Positions 25,201-36,600 of a stretch of 64,000 nucleotides of DNA are shown piece after piece (the stretch's first letter is position 1; each line of letters opens with the position of its first letter). Below the pieces are notes generated by a model. The model saw only the letters and a list, made by a program, of their open reading frames with translations, had not been told where the DNA came from and ran no database searches. The stretch covers positions 10,714,275 through 10,778,274 of the forward strand of contig NC_134032.1 in assembly GCF_964204645.1 (NCBI RefSeq). The letters run 5' to 3'. Position numbers and translations under genes: made by a program. Source of the stretch: Tubulanus polymorphus. Its lineage: Eukaryota > Animalia > Nemertea.

Positions 25201-27657
25201 AACGCTTTGCGACGAAATTCAATAGGGTTAGAGATTTTACAACCGCAACTTCTGCATCGAATATGTTGAAAGTTCAGAAGAGAAACTAAGCCTGTTTCGA
25301 TAGTTATTTTGTACCAATGGAAGATAGTATCATACGTGATCTAGCAAAAATGGACTTGGCTCGAGGGGGTCCATAATACCTGTATTTGTTATCATATCTC
25401 CGTAGCGAATGTTTAGCCCGGGACCAAAGGCTTTCTTTGTAGGAGGTATTTAACTGAACACGCTTACCGTACGCGCTTATCAGCGACCCCGTGTTAGCGG
25501 TTAGTCGTACTGAAAGAGGTTTAAACACTCACCGAACGGGCCGAGTCTGTAGTTCACGGTGACCAGTATGACCTCGCGCGTCGCCAGGTAATATCCCGGG
25601 AAGAGCTGACCGCTTCCGTAGTTGAACTCGCCGCCGTGGAAATAAACGATGATCGGAAAACGAGGATTCACCGGGTGAAACGGATACTCACGAGTCGATA
25701 TCTACAAATAATGACATTCGATTTAATCGTAATCTAATCATTTTCTAAGCGCTGGAAAAAGAAAATGAAAATTCTATGGATCTGGGCCAAGGTTTACAAG
25801 AAAGATAAAACCTCAAGTTTTGAGTTTAATGTTTTTGGTTTCTTCAAGTTTTCGATGTGGACAACAATTCAAACACAATTGTTTCTTAACCCTTTCGGTG
25901 CTGACTAATAAACACCATAAAGTGCGGGAGATAATTTGAAAATGTTTGAATAAGTTCAGCCCAGTGCATCAAATAACAGGCATTCGCTAATAATGTATCG
26001 TATATATGTAACTACTGTAGGTGCTAACATCTTTCATTAGAGATAAAAATGTTTACGAATTACATCAATACACCGCAGTGCGGTGTACTAGCAAAGTCCA
26101 TCACCGTTTCATACACCGCAATGTGGTGTAGACGCACTGAACGGTTAACCTTAAATTTTTTCGCGAAGCTGGGCTCCCAAGAGTAAGGTTCAACTCAAAG
26201 AGTTTTAGTCGGTTCATTTTACTCCAGAAGCAAGTATTGTTGAATTAATATATGTCTGCGTAATGCAGTGAGTATCAATAAAAGATGATTTTTCATTTTC
26301 ATAATATAGGAGATTCCGTTCGAGTCGATATCCCTTTAACTGAGATGTTTGTTAAAATATTTTTCATGGCACTATCTATGAAATACATTAAAGCTAATTC
26401 AGTAGCATTCAATTCAGAAATTTTTACAGTCCAATAAGATCCAACTTGAGCGGAGTCTACGGTACATTTGTCGGCTAGGTATGTCTTAATATGCTCAATT
26501 TAATGCAAACGCATATTACAAAATGCTTCCTTATTAATGAAAGAGTTGCTTTGAATGGTGTGTGAAACGGAAGCGTACTTACATTCGGTTGAAATATGTT
26601 CAAATAAAGACAATCTTCGCTGATGTTGACTTTGTTGATGAGATGCTTTTGAAGATACGCCGGATCCTGAGGACACGCCGGCGGCCATTTCTTCGCTTGC
26701 CAGGGCCGGTACCATCTCGTCTTGGCAGGAGGCTGGCGAAAAAAGGACTAAGTTAGTGAACCATTATCATTAGTTCGACAATTTGTCAGCAACAATGAAA
26801 ATGGGGTACCAGAAATATACCAGTTTTCACAACAGGTGATACGTAAACCTGGACCAACCAACCAGTAAAATGACCTGGTGGCACTTAACTTGCTACGGGT
26901 ATCCTCAATTGCCACATGTATGTCATACTACACACTAGCGACACCTGGTGGATCCTCACTTGCCACAAGTGGAATCCTCTATAAGCGCAGTAGTTGATGT
27001 CCAACTGCACACTAGCGACACCTGGTGGATCCTCACTTGCCACAAGTGGAATCCTCTGTAAGCGCAGTAGTTGATGTCCTACTGCACACTAGCGACACCT
27101 AAGGTATCCTCACTTGCCACAAGTGGAATCCTCTATTGCCGCAGCAGGTGATGTTTACTGCAACACCTGGTGAATCATCAATACCACAGTAGTCAATAGC
27201 CTATACTTCTACGTGCTAGCAAACCTGGTGGATCCTCACTTACCACAAGTGGAATCATTTCCACAGTTAAATTGTCGATACTAGATTTCCCAAATAAGCA
27301 ACTTACCCTAAATCTGTAGTATCCAATAGGTGGCATCGCGTACGGAACGCCGAGGTACGTATTGACCCGAGTGTGTGGGTGTCCGACGTTTACCGTGTAC
27401 CCGTGAATATCGCCGTACTCCGTTACGACCGACATGTGATTATAATTCGAATTTGGATTGTACAGAAAGTTCACGTCGCCTTTTCCCCAGTCGAGCCAAT
27501 TCTGCCACATGCTACCCACATCCATTTTATCGCCCGGACGCCACGGCCTCAAATCGGGATTCTGTATTTTTGGATCCCACGGGTTCCAGATGTTGTCCTC
27601 TTGCGAAGCTACGCCCGCAATCAAGCACGCGGTATATAAAATAACAGCGCGCAGCAT
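19271..27657 (-). CDS. Neuroligin-like non-catalytic type-B carboxylesterase (cholinesterase-like adhesion molecule), 10 coding exons, 719 aa, type I membrane protein
   Basis: Exons 27657-27307, 26732-26583, 25701-25533, 24682-24491, 23680-23469, 22514-22364, 21694-21513, 20946-20817, 20444-20103, 19551-19271. All are GT-AG and phase-consistent, totalling 2160 nt. Motifs: YLGVPYAMPPIGYYRF, SEDCLYLNIF, YFHGGEF, VTVNYRLGPFGFL, GNFGLLDQ, GSEAG, WTPVWDG, TYFYVF. Signal peptide and a C-terminal TM helix. Confidence 0.92.
21090..21450. repeat. GA-rich low-complexity tract in a neuroligin-like intron
   Basis: Nearly pure purine tract on +; explains three overlapping spurious Leu/Ser/Pro ORFs. Confidence 0.9.
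22733..22870. mobile_element. MITE, GGCCAGTTGCATAGTC family (sister of 23281-23424)
   Basis: ggccagttgcatagtcgtggcttagact ... aagtcacgactgtgcaactgccccc; nearly identical to the copy at 23281. Confidence 0.8.
23281..23424. mobile_element. 144-bp MITE with TIRs caggggccagttgca / tgcaactggcccctg
   Basis: Perfect 15-bp TIRs. Related ends at about 12318, 18455, 39196-39320 and 41415, and tandemly amplified internal pieces at 46560-47000. Confidence 0.85.
25887..26148. mobile_element. Non-autonomous piggyBac-like element (TTAA-CCCT ends)
   Basis: ttaaccctttcggtgc ... gcactgaacggttaa. Related pieces at about 22995-23225, 55645-55720 and 57020-57043 (gcactgaaagggttaa). Confidence 0.65.
26890..27260. 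repeat. 77-bp-unit minisatellite in the first coding intron of the neuroligin-like gene
   Basis: cacactagcgacacctggtggatcctcacttgccacaagtggaatc recurs at 26931, 27008 and 27085, plus degenerate copies. Confidence 0.9.
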
Positions 27658-28115
27658 TTTCTATTCTTTCTTCGGTCCTGATTAAGAAAAATATCATAAA
27701 TTGTAATAGAAAATTTCAGGATGAACTCGGTTAGTGGGTTAGAATTGGGAGAGCCAATGTTTTGAGCTGAACGCGATGATTCACTACACTGATTACTGTT
27801 AATTCTGAATTCCAGAGGTTTCGCCCATTCAGCTTGCAAACCAGATGAAACTATACAATACAAATTGAATTACGTTCACTGTTTTTAGCTCAACGCAGAC
27901 TTCTGTCGTCAAATTTTGAATGCACACAAGATTAAATCATTCATACCAATCATTTAGATGGCTGGCTTTCAGATAATTTGTTTTCTGACACAAATTAGTG
28001 CAAATCAATATTAAATGTATCTTCGTACAAATTAGATCTAATGCTACGACGGTTTAAATATGGATAATTGTTTTCAGAAATCTGCTGCGGACCAACCAGA
28101 TCGTTTGAAAACACG

Positions 28116-29102
28116 ATGAACGAATCGCGAATTTATTTTTATGATCCGTTAGCGGAGGTCGCGTGGTACAGGATAACGTACATCACACCTCCGCTAGTCA
28201 TAGTCGGCGTTACGTTCAACGCGATGGTTATCGTCGTATTTCACAAACTGAAAACTAAAAACCGCTGCTTCGATTTACTGAAATACCTCGCACTCGTCGA
28301 CATTATGTTTTTGCTGGCAATGTTCATTTTATTCTCAGTTCGTTATTACATTCACTACGCGTGGTATGGCGAATCTATCAAGAAATTTCCTAATTACCGA
28401 ATTTCCCCGATATACATAAGCATATGGGGAAGTATGTTTTATAAAGGATTTCTGGTGCTTCGCAATTATTTGACCGTCATCATTCAATGTGAAAGATTGG
28501 TAACTATCAGTTTTCCGCTACACGCAAAACGTAGCTTGAAGCCACTTGTCATTATAACGGGTACATTATCGATGTCTATAAGCGCTTACTACCCTATTAC
28601 GATGAGGATAACATCGTCGAGTAGTTACAAAGAGTTTCAATTTGTTCATTATCTATCTCACACTCCCGGGGGCTATGAAACAGTTTACAAAATAATGAAT
28701 AAATACGTTGATCCAATCATTCGCGTTATTACTTCAAATATTCTAATTTTCGTGGCGAAAATAGCTCTCGTCATTGTTTTGTACGTCAAACGTAAACAAC
28801 GCAAAACCTTGTCGGCGTCGAAAATCTCGACGTCTCAAAATCAAACGAAAGCCACAAAGATGGTGCTGTCAATGAGTTTCGTATTCACTATACTAGAATT
28901 TCCAGGTTTCTACGGTAAGATCGGCGGAAAGGACGCGGGTTCTATATTTTACAAAGACGATTCGGTGCATATTTACCAGATCTCGTCGATTTTCAATTCG
29001 TCAGTAAATTTCGTTCTGTATATAATCGTAAACAAACAATTCAGAAACACCTTGTTGCATTTGTTTAAAATCAATCGAGACATCACAGAAAATTCAACGT
29101 GA
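28116..29102 (+). CDS. Intronless class A GPCR, FMRFamide-receptor-like, paralogous to 9001-10086
   Basis: First ATG at 28116 (MNESRIYF). TM1 GVTFN, TM2 LALVD, TM3 QCERLVTISFPL, TM6 FTILEFP, TM7 NSSVNFVLY, helix-8 QFR. Confidence 0.9.
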   Translation: MNESRIYFYDPLAEVAWYRITYITPPLVIVGVTFNAMVIVVFHKLKTKNRCFDLLKYLALVDIMFLLAMFILFSVRYYIHYAWYGESIKKFPNYRISPIYISIWGSMFYKGFLVLRNYLTVIIQCERLVTISFPLHAKRSLKPLVIITGTLSMSISAYYPITMRITSSSSYKEFQFVHYLSHTPGGYETVYKIMNKYVDPIIRVITSNILIFVAKIALVIVLYVKRKQRKTLSASKISTSQNQTKATKMVLSMSFVFTILEFPGFYGKIGGKDAGSIFYKDDSVHIYQISSIFNSSVNFVLYIIVNKQFRNTLLHLFKINRDITENST

Positions 29103-29206
29103 TGATGGTTATCCGGGGTCCATAGTAGTAAGGCTCAGGTTCAAATACCGGTAAGCACTTATAAGCACGACTTCAGAACCCAAAATAAGCACTTTCAAGT
29201 GCAATC

Positions 29207-29320
29207 CTGGGTCCAGTTCCACAGTTCCGAGTTAAGATTTAACTCTGAGTTAAATCACTGAAAATGAACAAACTTTAACTCAGAGTTAACTCTAACTCAC
29301 AACTGTGGAACTGGGTCCTG
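29207..29320. mobile_element. Small fold-back MITE
   Basis: ctgggtccagttccacagttccgagtta ... taactcacaactgtggaactgggtcctg, with internal aactctgagttaaa / tttaactcagagtt symmetry. Confidence 0.75.
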
Positions 29321-29671
29321 TAGTCTTTGATTTGACACATCTGTATATGCATGCGCAGTTACGTGGAGTCAGTGTACACCGAATGGACATGAAAACTGTG
29401 GTTAGGATAAATGCTTTGGCGGAATTGGTCACGAATAGATTGTCGGGAGTTAAAATTCGAATGAGACACCTACAAAACCGATGAACCTGACGTCGCTGGA
29501 AGACGTCTACTGAGAAAATAGCGACTATCGAGCACTTTTGGGAGATTTCCTAAAAAATAAATATTATCATCAAGGGCCCTTATTTTCATTTTTCCGAAAT
29601 AAACACTAATACTGATTTATGAGGACTGCTACGGATTTCGTAATGTTGCCGTACATCTCACAGAAACTGAA

Positions 29672-29744
29672 TATTATATTCACCACGCATGGTATGGCGA
29701 ATCTATCAAGAAATTTCAGAATTACAAAATTTCCCCAAAGACAT
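29672..29744 (+). pseudogene. ~73-bp diverged duplicate of the neighbouring GPCR first extracellular loop
   Basis: tattatattcaccacgcatggtatggcgaatctatcaagaaatttc... aligns to 28344-28417. Confidence 0.8.
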
Positions 29745-29798
29745 CACGTTTTTGCTGGCGACATTTCATTCCCAACCCAGTTGAGTAGCCTATGCTAT

Positions 29799-30595
29799 TA
29801 GTAATTAGGGGTCCTCCTAATTACCGAGATGACACAATTTACCGACATGAACCGAGATGACATGAAATATAGCATTTTTGTCAATTTCTTAACCGTAACA
29901 CTTGAAATCATGTTATATCACTAATAAATACCTTTTAGAGTCATATTTTACCGGATATTTTGCCGGATATTTTGTAGAAAAATAACTTTAAACTGAGATC
30001 GGTATTCAATGGAATTTATTGTAAAAAATTTAAATTTATTGAGAAAAATACAATGTAAATGCAATCTTAAAAGTAATTTGTACCGATGACATAAAAAATG
30101 AAACAAATTTCATTTTTCAACAGAAATCTGAAGTGAAATTAACTTTTGATGTCATCTCGGTGAAATCAATACAATAGGCTATATTGAATTGATCGCACTG
30201 TGATCTCGGTAACTTATTGTCATAAATACACAAGAAAACAAAAATATTTCACCCCATAACTATTTTCATATGCACAATTTCAATATAAATTTTGTGTATC
30301 CAAAAGCACCATATTGACTTCAAATACATCATCTCGGTTAGCAATAAATTTCACTGAATTAGATTAATCGCAGTAAAGTTAAAAAATATTTTTCTACAAA
30401 AATATCCGACAACTTTTGTAAAATATGACTCCAGCAGGTATTTATTACTGATATAATATGATTTCAAGTGTTAAAATCGATAAGGAATAAATAAATATGT
30501 TGTAATATTTCATGTCATCTCAGTTGATCTCAGTTCATCGCGGTAAATTGCGTCATCTCGGTAATAAGGTCTTTAAGGATGACCGGTAATTACTA
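29799..30595. mobile_element. ~800-bp fold-back element with long (>150 bp) imperfect TIRs
   Basis: attaccgagatgacacaatttaccg...acacttgaaatcat...taataaatacc...gagtcatattttac mirrors gtaaaatatgactc...ggtatttatta...atgatttcaagtgtt...cggtaaattgcgtcatctcggtaat. Confidence 0.8.
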
Positions 30596-30805
30596 CCCGA
30601 CTCAACCAGCGAGCGGCCATTATCTTTTTACATGTATCAGTAGCAAGACAGTTTTTCTCTGATTTATTGCAGAGTAACCACTCAAAACACAAATACACTA
30701 TCTAAAACACCAGGAACTGCATCCCAAGCCCATCATCGGCGAGTGCCTGTGGTTCTCCTCATCTCTCTCTCTCACAGACAGGGCCAAATTCCGTTTTCGT
30801 ATCTA

Positions 30806-31217
30806 CTGTCTGTCACACCTGCTCTCCGTGCGACGTTTTGGTCCGTTATTTCGTTAATAATCGGTTTATCTACCTTTATTACGCATCAATTTGTTCAGTG
30901 AGGAATTTGCATTCAGAAATAAACAACAATTTTTACTAAAGTTGTTTTTGTTTTCATTTATGAGCGATAGTTTACTCAGCATACGCTCGCGTAATGCTGA
31001 AAAATCTGCTCCGCGGACGCTCGGAAACGTTACGGTGACGTCATCACCTGCTCATTAGCATATAAAAATACAGTAGGTGGCGCCACGTGACGGGCCATAA
31101 AAGCTGTTTTTCAGCATAACGCGAGCGTATGCTAGGTAAACTATCGCTGTTAGATGAAAACTCAAACAAATTTATAACGGACCAAAACGTCGCACGAAGA
31201 GCAGGTGTGACAGACAG
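30806..31217. mobile_element. MITE with ~44-bp TIRs and TA flanks (Tc1/mariner-like)
   Basis: ta|ctgtctgtcacacctgctctccgtgcgacgttttggtccgttat ... ataacggaccaaaacgtcgcacgaagagcaggtgtgacagacag|ta; a second internal inverted repeat at about 30975-31135. Confidence 0.85.
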
Positions 31218-33667
31218 TAGTCGATTAGTGGTCGGAACTAATAACCGCATGCACTTGATTTTCGAACTATTTCCGGAATTTAGTTCCGACTAACGGACAT
31301 TCGGTTTCGTTTAGTTCGACTTAGATAACCGAAGGACGAAGGTGGTCCAGGCCAGAGAGTAGAGGTTCCAATTCAATTGAAACCCGACTCAATTCGTTTT
31401 CGTCTTTCAACATTTATCAGCACGACTTATGATCGCCCTAACTAACTAAAATACATTGGAATAGTCGTCCTAGATAATGGATATCATCATTCTGCTTACC
31501 GATTCAACACAAAAACCGAGTAAAAGATTACAAATTCGCAAAAAAATATTACTCAACAGGGCGGCGACATCTTGTTTTTCTCTACACTAAATCGCGGAGT
31601 TGTTAACGGTAAAATCCGTAATAGGATCGAAGGCGGCGAGTAATAAACTAGTTCACATTTTTAACGCCTACGGTTAATATAGTGGCAGCACCAAATGATC
31701 AACATCCGTCACCTCCTAACAATCCTACTGCGGCATGCGAGTAATATAGATTTTCTCCAGCCAAATTTCATACATTTATCAATATTTCAATAATCTGAAA
31801 CATATTTTGATACCAGCAATTGTATCTAAACACCGGAGCGTTCACCCATATATGCCCACAGAAGAATTGGAATGATTATGTTCGAATCCCACAATGACGA
31901 TCTTGGATTGAAATAACACATAAAACTTGGACTGAAAATGACGAATAATGGCTATGAATAGAATAAAAAAGTTTATTATCTAAAGTATAAAATACAATAC
32001 ATATACACAAATGAACAACCCCAACACTCTTGACATACTGTTAACATTCTCGAGACTGAAAATAAACTACTTATAAAACCCTTTGACCGTTAAAAATTTC
32101 ATACTTCTACAACAATAATATCAGGAGTGATCCACACAAATCGACCAAATACTCCCACAGCAGTGGTGGCAGAGCAGCGAGTAGTTTAAAATAGGTTTCT
32201 TGGACAGAACTCCCCTCCCCTCACTGCTACAAAGGTTTTTCATAAATATCAACATTGAGACATATCTGATAAAAAAGTTACATTGCACCTGTATAGAGAC
32301 TCAACTATATCTTTCTTTAAACCCCGAATCCATATTTACAAAAATAAGTATTTTCAGCAACCATTTTCATTCCAATGGAGCTATTAAAGTGAAGGTTATG
32401 ATGTTCAATGATCAAATGCAGACAGCAGGCACAAGAATAATGAGACTTCAAAATACAGCTAATCTTAATTCAAACATGACTAATAAATATGACTAATGAG
32501 AGATAGCAGTTAATTGATAAACAATCCTAATGAGCAAATAAATAAATCTTTAAGAAATGATATGAATAAAATAATATGCAATAAACCTGAGAGAGACAAG
32601 CGGAGACTCAGTAGAAGTAAAGACTAATCTAAATCCTCAAAATGAAACAAATGATAATTACGATTATAACGATACGATTACGAACAGAAAGATCCGATAC
32701 AAAATGACATGGAAAATTATCTTAATTCTTTAATCATAGATAAAATCGTTTGATCGCTAAAAGTTGCGGAGAAAATCGTCGAAGATGGAAAACTTTCTTA
32801 CGAAAACAATCACGGAGGTAGAAATGAAAACGATTAAAATAAGGTGGCCTTAAATCGTACGTGGAATGAATGGTTCAGAAGTGCTATGAGAATGGCTTGA
32901 TGAAAAATTATGATATACTGACAATCTTTTTTTTTCTTTGGTGCAAAAGATTCGGTTTATGCAAGCATCAATCCACAACCCTGAACCGTGAAGTCTTGAA
33001 GGCCCACTTTTAGAAAGTTTGCTGCCAATACAGTCTTGATTTTGAAGTTCGATTTCAATTTAAAATGCCTCAGTTCTGAACACAAAGATTGGACACTCAG
33101 AAATTGGAATAACAGTGATAATGTGTCGAATGAGTGCATGGCCCAGGAAGCAGATTGATACGTACTGCATCTACATGATAAATGTTGAAATAAAAGTGTT
33201 TGTGGTTTGGTGAAAAAATCCGCTCAATATATTTCATCACAGGAGGGTATTTTACTTTTGAACTGAGCAATACGTCAACTAACCTGACCAGTAGCAATTA
33301 CGGTAGGTCAACTGATTCGAATAGTACAAAGAGTACAGCAGGGTCTGACTGCATAACACGTATCACAATAGTCGAAAAAACGAGAATGGAATGTTCTACC
33401 AGTTGCAATAAACGCTTTCAAGATCGAGTATCCGGCTCAACGTTAATCGATTCGTTCTAAAGATGGACCTTACTGGTTCACTTCGATGATTGCCACTGTT
33501 TGACGAGTGATGCCGTGTATTTTTCAATAACTACACAAAGCATAAGTTTATACTAAAACCACTGCCGTAAATGCAATAACTGTTTTACTACCAAGTTTCA
33601 TCCGACTGTCTTTGTTCCTTCCCTTCGATTTTAAGTATTATGTATGGACATCGGTGACTTAAAACGT

Positions 33668-36600
33668 TCAGCCGTTCGCTTTGGCAATCACTTTTTCAGC
33701 CAACTCGAGAATGGCCGGCACGTGGAAGTCACCTGCCGACACCTGCAGTTCGATTTCGGAAACGACCCCGCTATCCGACAAGGCCTGATGGAAAGTTTCA
33801 TCTGAAAAATAAACCATATATTTGACCAGAAAAATGACAATAATGCAAGACTGGCGAATAAGATACCAGGGAACCCCATGAGATGACTGCCTTCATAAAA
33901 TCCCCTTATATGATATCATCAAATGATAACAGTGAATGCATCTAAAGACAGTGATCTAAAAGGTGGCTATGAAAAGGTCCAATTACTAGAAGACAATTTG
34001 ATGGTGTCATAAGAAGATTTATGAGAGGCGGATCCGCTGGGATTTCTGACACTTGTACAAGTCCATCAAATTTGTTTAAGAGCCCTCTTCTATTTTTTTA
34101 ACAAAAATAATTGGTGCATTTCATTGCAGTAGTGCCCCTTATATTGCCTTCGTTGACATCAAAGTGCCCTTTCGGGTTAAAGTCCTTCAAAATTGGCCTC
34201 AGGTTTATTAGGCAGCCATCTTTAATGGAAGGGGTTAGAAAATATTTTTTACATTTTAAACAGTCATTTGGATGTCCAGGACAACAAGGGCAACATACCT
34301 TTCATAAGATGTAACAGAGTCCACAGGGCGATATGAGTGGAACTCTTGTCTGACCGACGCAGGAATTCGTTGGCATATTTCAACACACCGGAACTGTTTG
34401 AGAGGATGAGGTCTTTCGAAATATCTACAAGAGTTCAATAGAAGAAAATTCGGAATGAATATTTTTGTCAGTCAGGTTTAATGGCAGGTTTGATACCGTT
34501 TGAATTCTGATCATGGGTAAAATATATTTTGAATTACATTTTGACTTTCAAAACTGTTGGTTTTACATACCCGAGACTGCAAGTTGACCGATGATACCAG
34601 CACAGTTATATTGTAACTCCGAATACGTAGTTTTGTTCACCAAGTCGACAAGTTTCGTGAAAAATAAGCCATCTTTATACGCGAGCATACGTAATTTGAC
34701 TTCCTCTGAAAATGATAAGTATAGAAAGGGAACTTCATCTCCGTGAAAAGGAACTTCATCTAAGTTAAGAAAGGGAACTTAATCTAAGTAAAGAAGGGAA
34801 CAATAAAGAAAGGGAACTTCATCATAGTAAAGAAAGGGAACTTCATCTAATTGAATAAAGGGAACTTCATCACAGTAAAGAAAGGGAACTTCACCTTAGT
34901 AAAACAAAGAGACTTCATCTTAGTCTAATGCCTGAGGAGCGACGGTGGTAAAGAAGAATTTTTGAAGAAGAAATTTGGAAATTGACATACCCTCATCTGC
35001 TAGAATGGCCAACGCTGCCGTTACTTGAATGAGGAGGTTCAATTCCAGGGGATCGGGCTGACTTTTACACCGTAAAACCAGTTTACATAACACTTCTATG
35101 TGACCTGTATTCAACAGTACCTGAAAATATTTATAAGAGGGTCATGATTAAATCAAAATGATAAACGGGCAGAACAAACCGGTATTTTTCCGAGTGGGTA
35201 ATTTAAGAAGACGTACCCTGCTGTGTTCGCCGGCCGCTAGGTTTCGAATGACGCCCGCCGCATGGCGCTGTGACTCGGGATTTTCGGCGTTCAGCAAAAT
35301 TCGCGAAATCTCCGGCAAAAAGGATTCACAAATAATCGGCACCTGAAAATCAAATAAAGGAGGACACTAGCACTCAAGAAGAACTTTACTGAGATTTCAT
35401 CTCGATGTGGTACCCAACCAGACGAAATATCCAACTATTTACTTCGATTTAAACAAAAATTCTCTAAATTCGACTGCCGATCACACAACTACTATATCTG
35501 ATTTCCAATATCAAAATCAAACCACCTTTCACTCCGGGCAGGTGTGGGGCTTGTAAGGGACACCATATCAAATCCATCAAATAAATAAATAAAGCGGTCA
35601 ATCCGAAGTCAAAACTTTACGGAATATGTAAAGCGGAATCTCTTGAATTTCCAAAATTCTTATTCAGTAGAATTTTTTCAGATTTCAGATCTTGATTCCA
35701 GATTGTTGTTTCAAAAAAGAAATCAGATGTGGGTTTCTCTATCAAATAATGATAATACTGCCTTAGGCGATTCACTGCGGCGAAACAGCAGTCGGTAAGA
35801 ATTTGAAAGAAAAGCAGACCTGCTGGCGCCAGTGACTGCGGGGAACTACGCATTTTAGACAAAAAAGCGACAGACACATCTTACATGATGAACAATACTC
35901 ACCTTTACTATGAGACTAAGAAACACGAGTAGGCTCAGGGAAATGTGGTGAAAGAAGTTGAAAGAAATAAGTAGAGAGCGGGAAAGGAGCCAGTTGAAAG
36001 GAAGAGAGGAAGGATCAGGAGCAGGCCACTTTCTGCCAACTTACAAATTACCCGAGTCTTCCCTAATTTTTCCATGAATTCCCATGAATATTTACACGAA
36101 ATTCCTCGAGTGAATCCGCACCAATGTTACAATTCATTCGTTTTTCATGAATCCCGTATCGATATAGAACGCGTGGTCAAAGGCATTTCCAGGTTATTTC
36201 GCAAAATTTGTCGAATTACCTAAGTGTTCCCTAATGTTGTCTTTATCTATCCGATTCCTCGAGTTTTCCTGATTTTCAGGTCAGAGGGCATTGACCAGAG
36301 AGGGAGGGAGGGAGGGAGGGAGGGAGGGAGGGAGGCAGGCAGGCAGGCAGGGAGGGAGGGAGGCAGGGAGGGAGGGAGGCAGGCAGGGAGGGAGGGAGGG
36401 AGGCAGGCAGGCAGGCAGGGAGGGAAGGAGGCAGGCAGGGAGGGAGGGAGGCAGGCAGGGACAGAGGGAGGGTTACGATGGAAGGGGATGGGAATTAGTC
36501 AATAAACAGTAGAGGGAACGGGAAAGAGACGCACATGTTTTCCTACCTCATTGGATTGATTGATGGAGAGATTCTGTAAGCAGGCCGTAGCCGCTGAGAG

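Noticed and set aside
26890-27260. CRISPR-like repeat array
   Set aside because: Eukaryotic intron; whole 77-bp units are repeated with no unique spacers and no cas genes.
36224-36512. REGG/RQAG repeat proteins
   Set aside because: Translation of a GGGA/GGCA microsatellite inside an intron of the opposite-strand gene.
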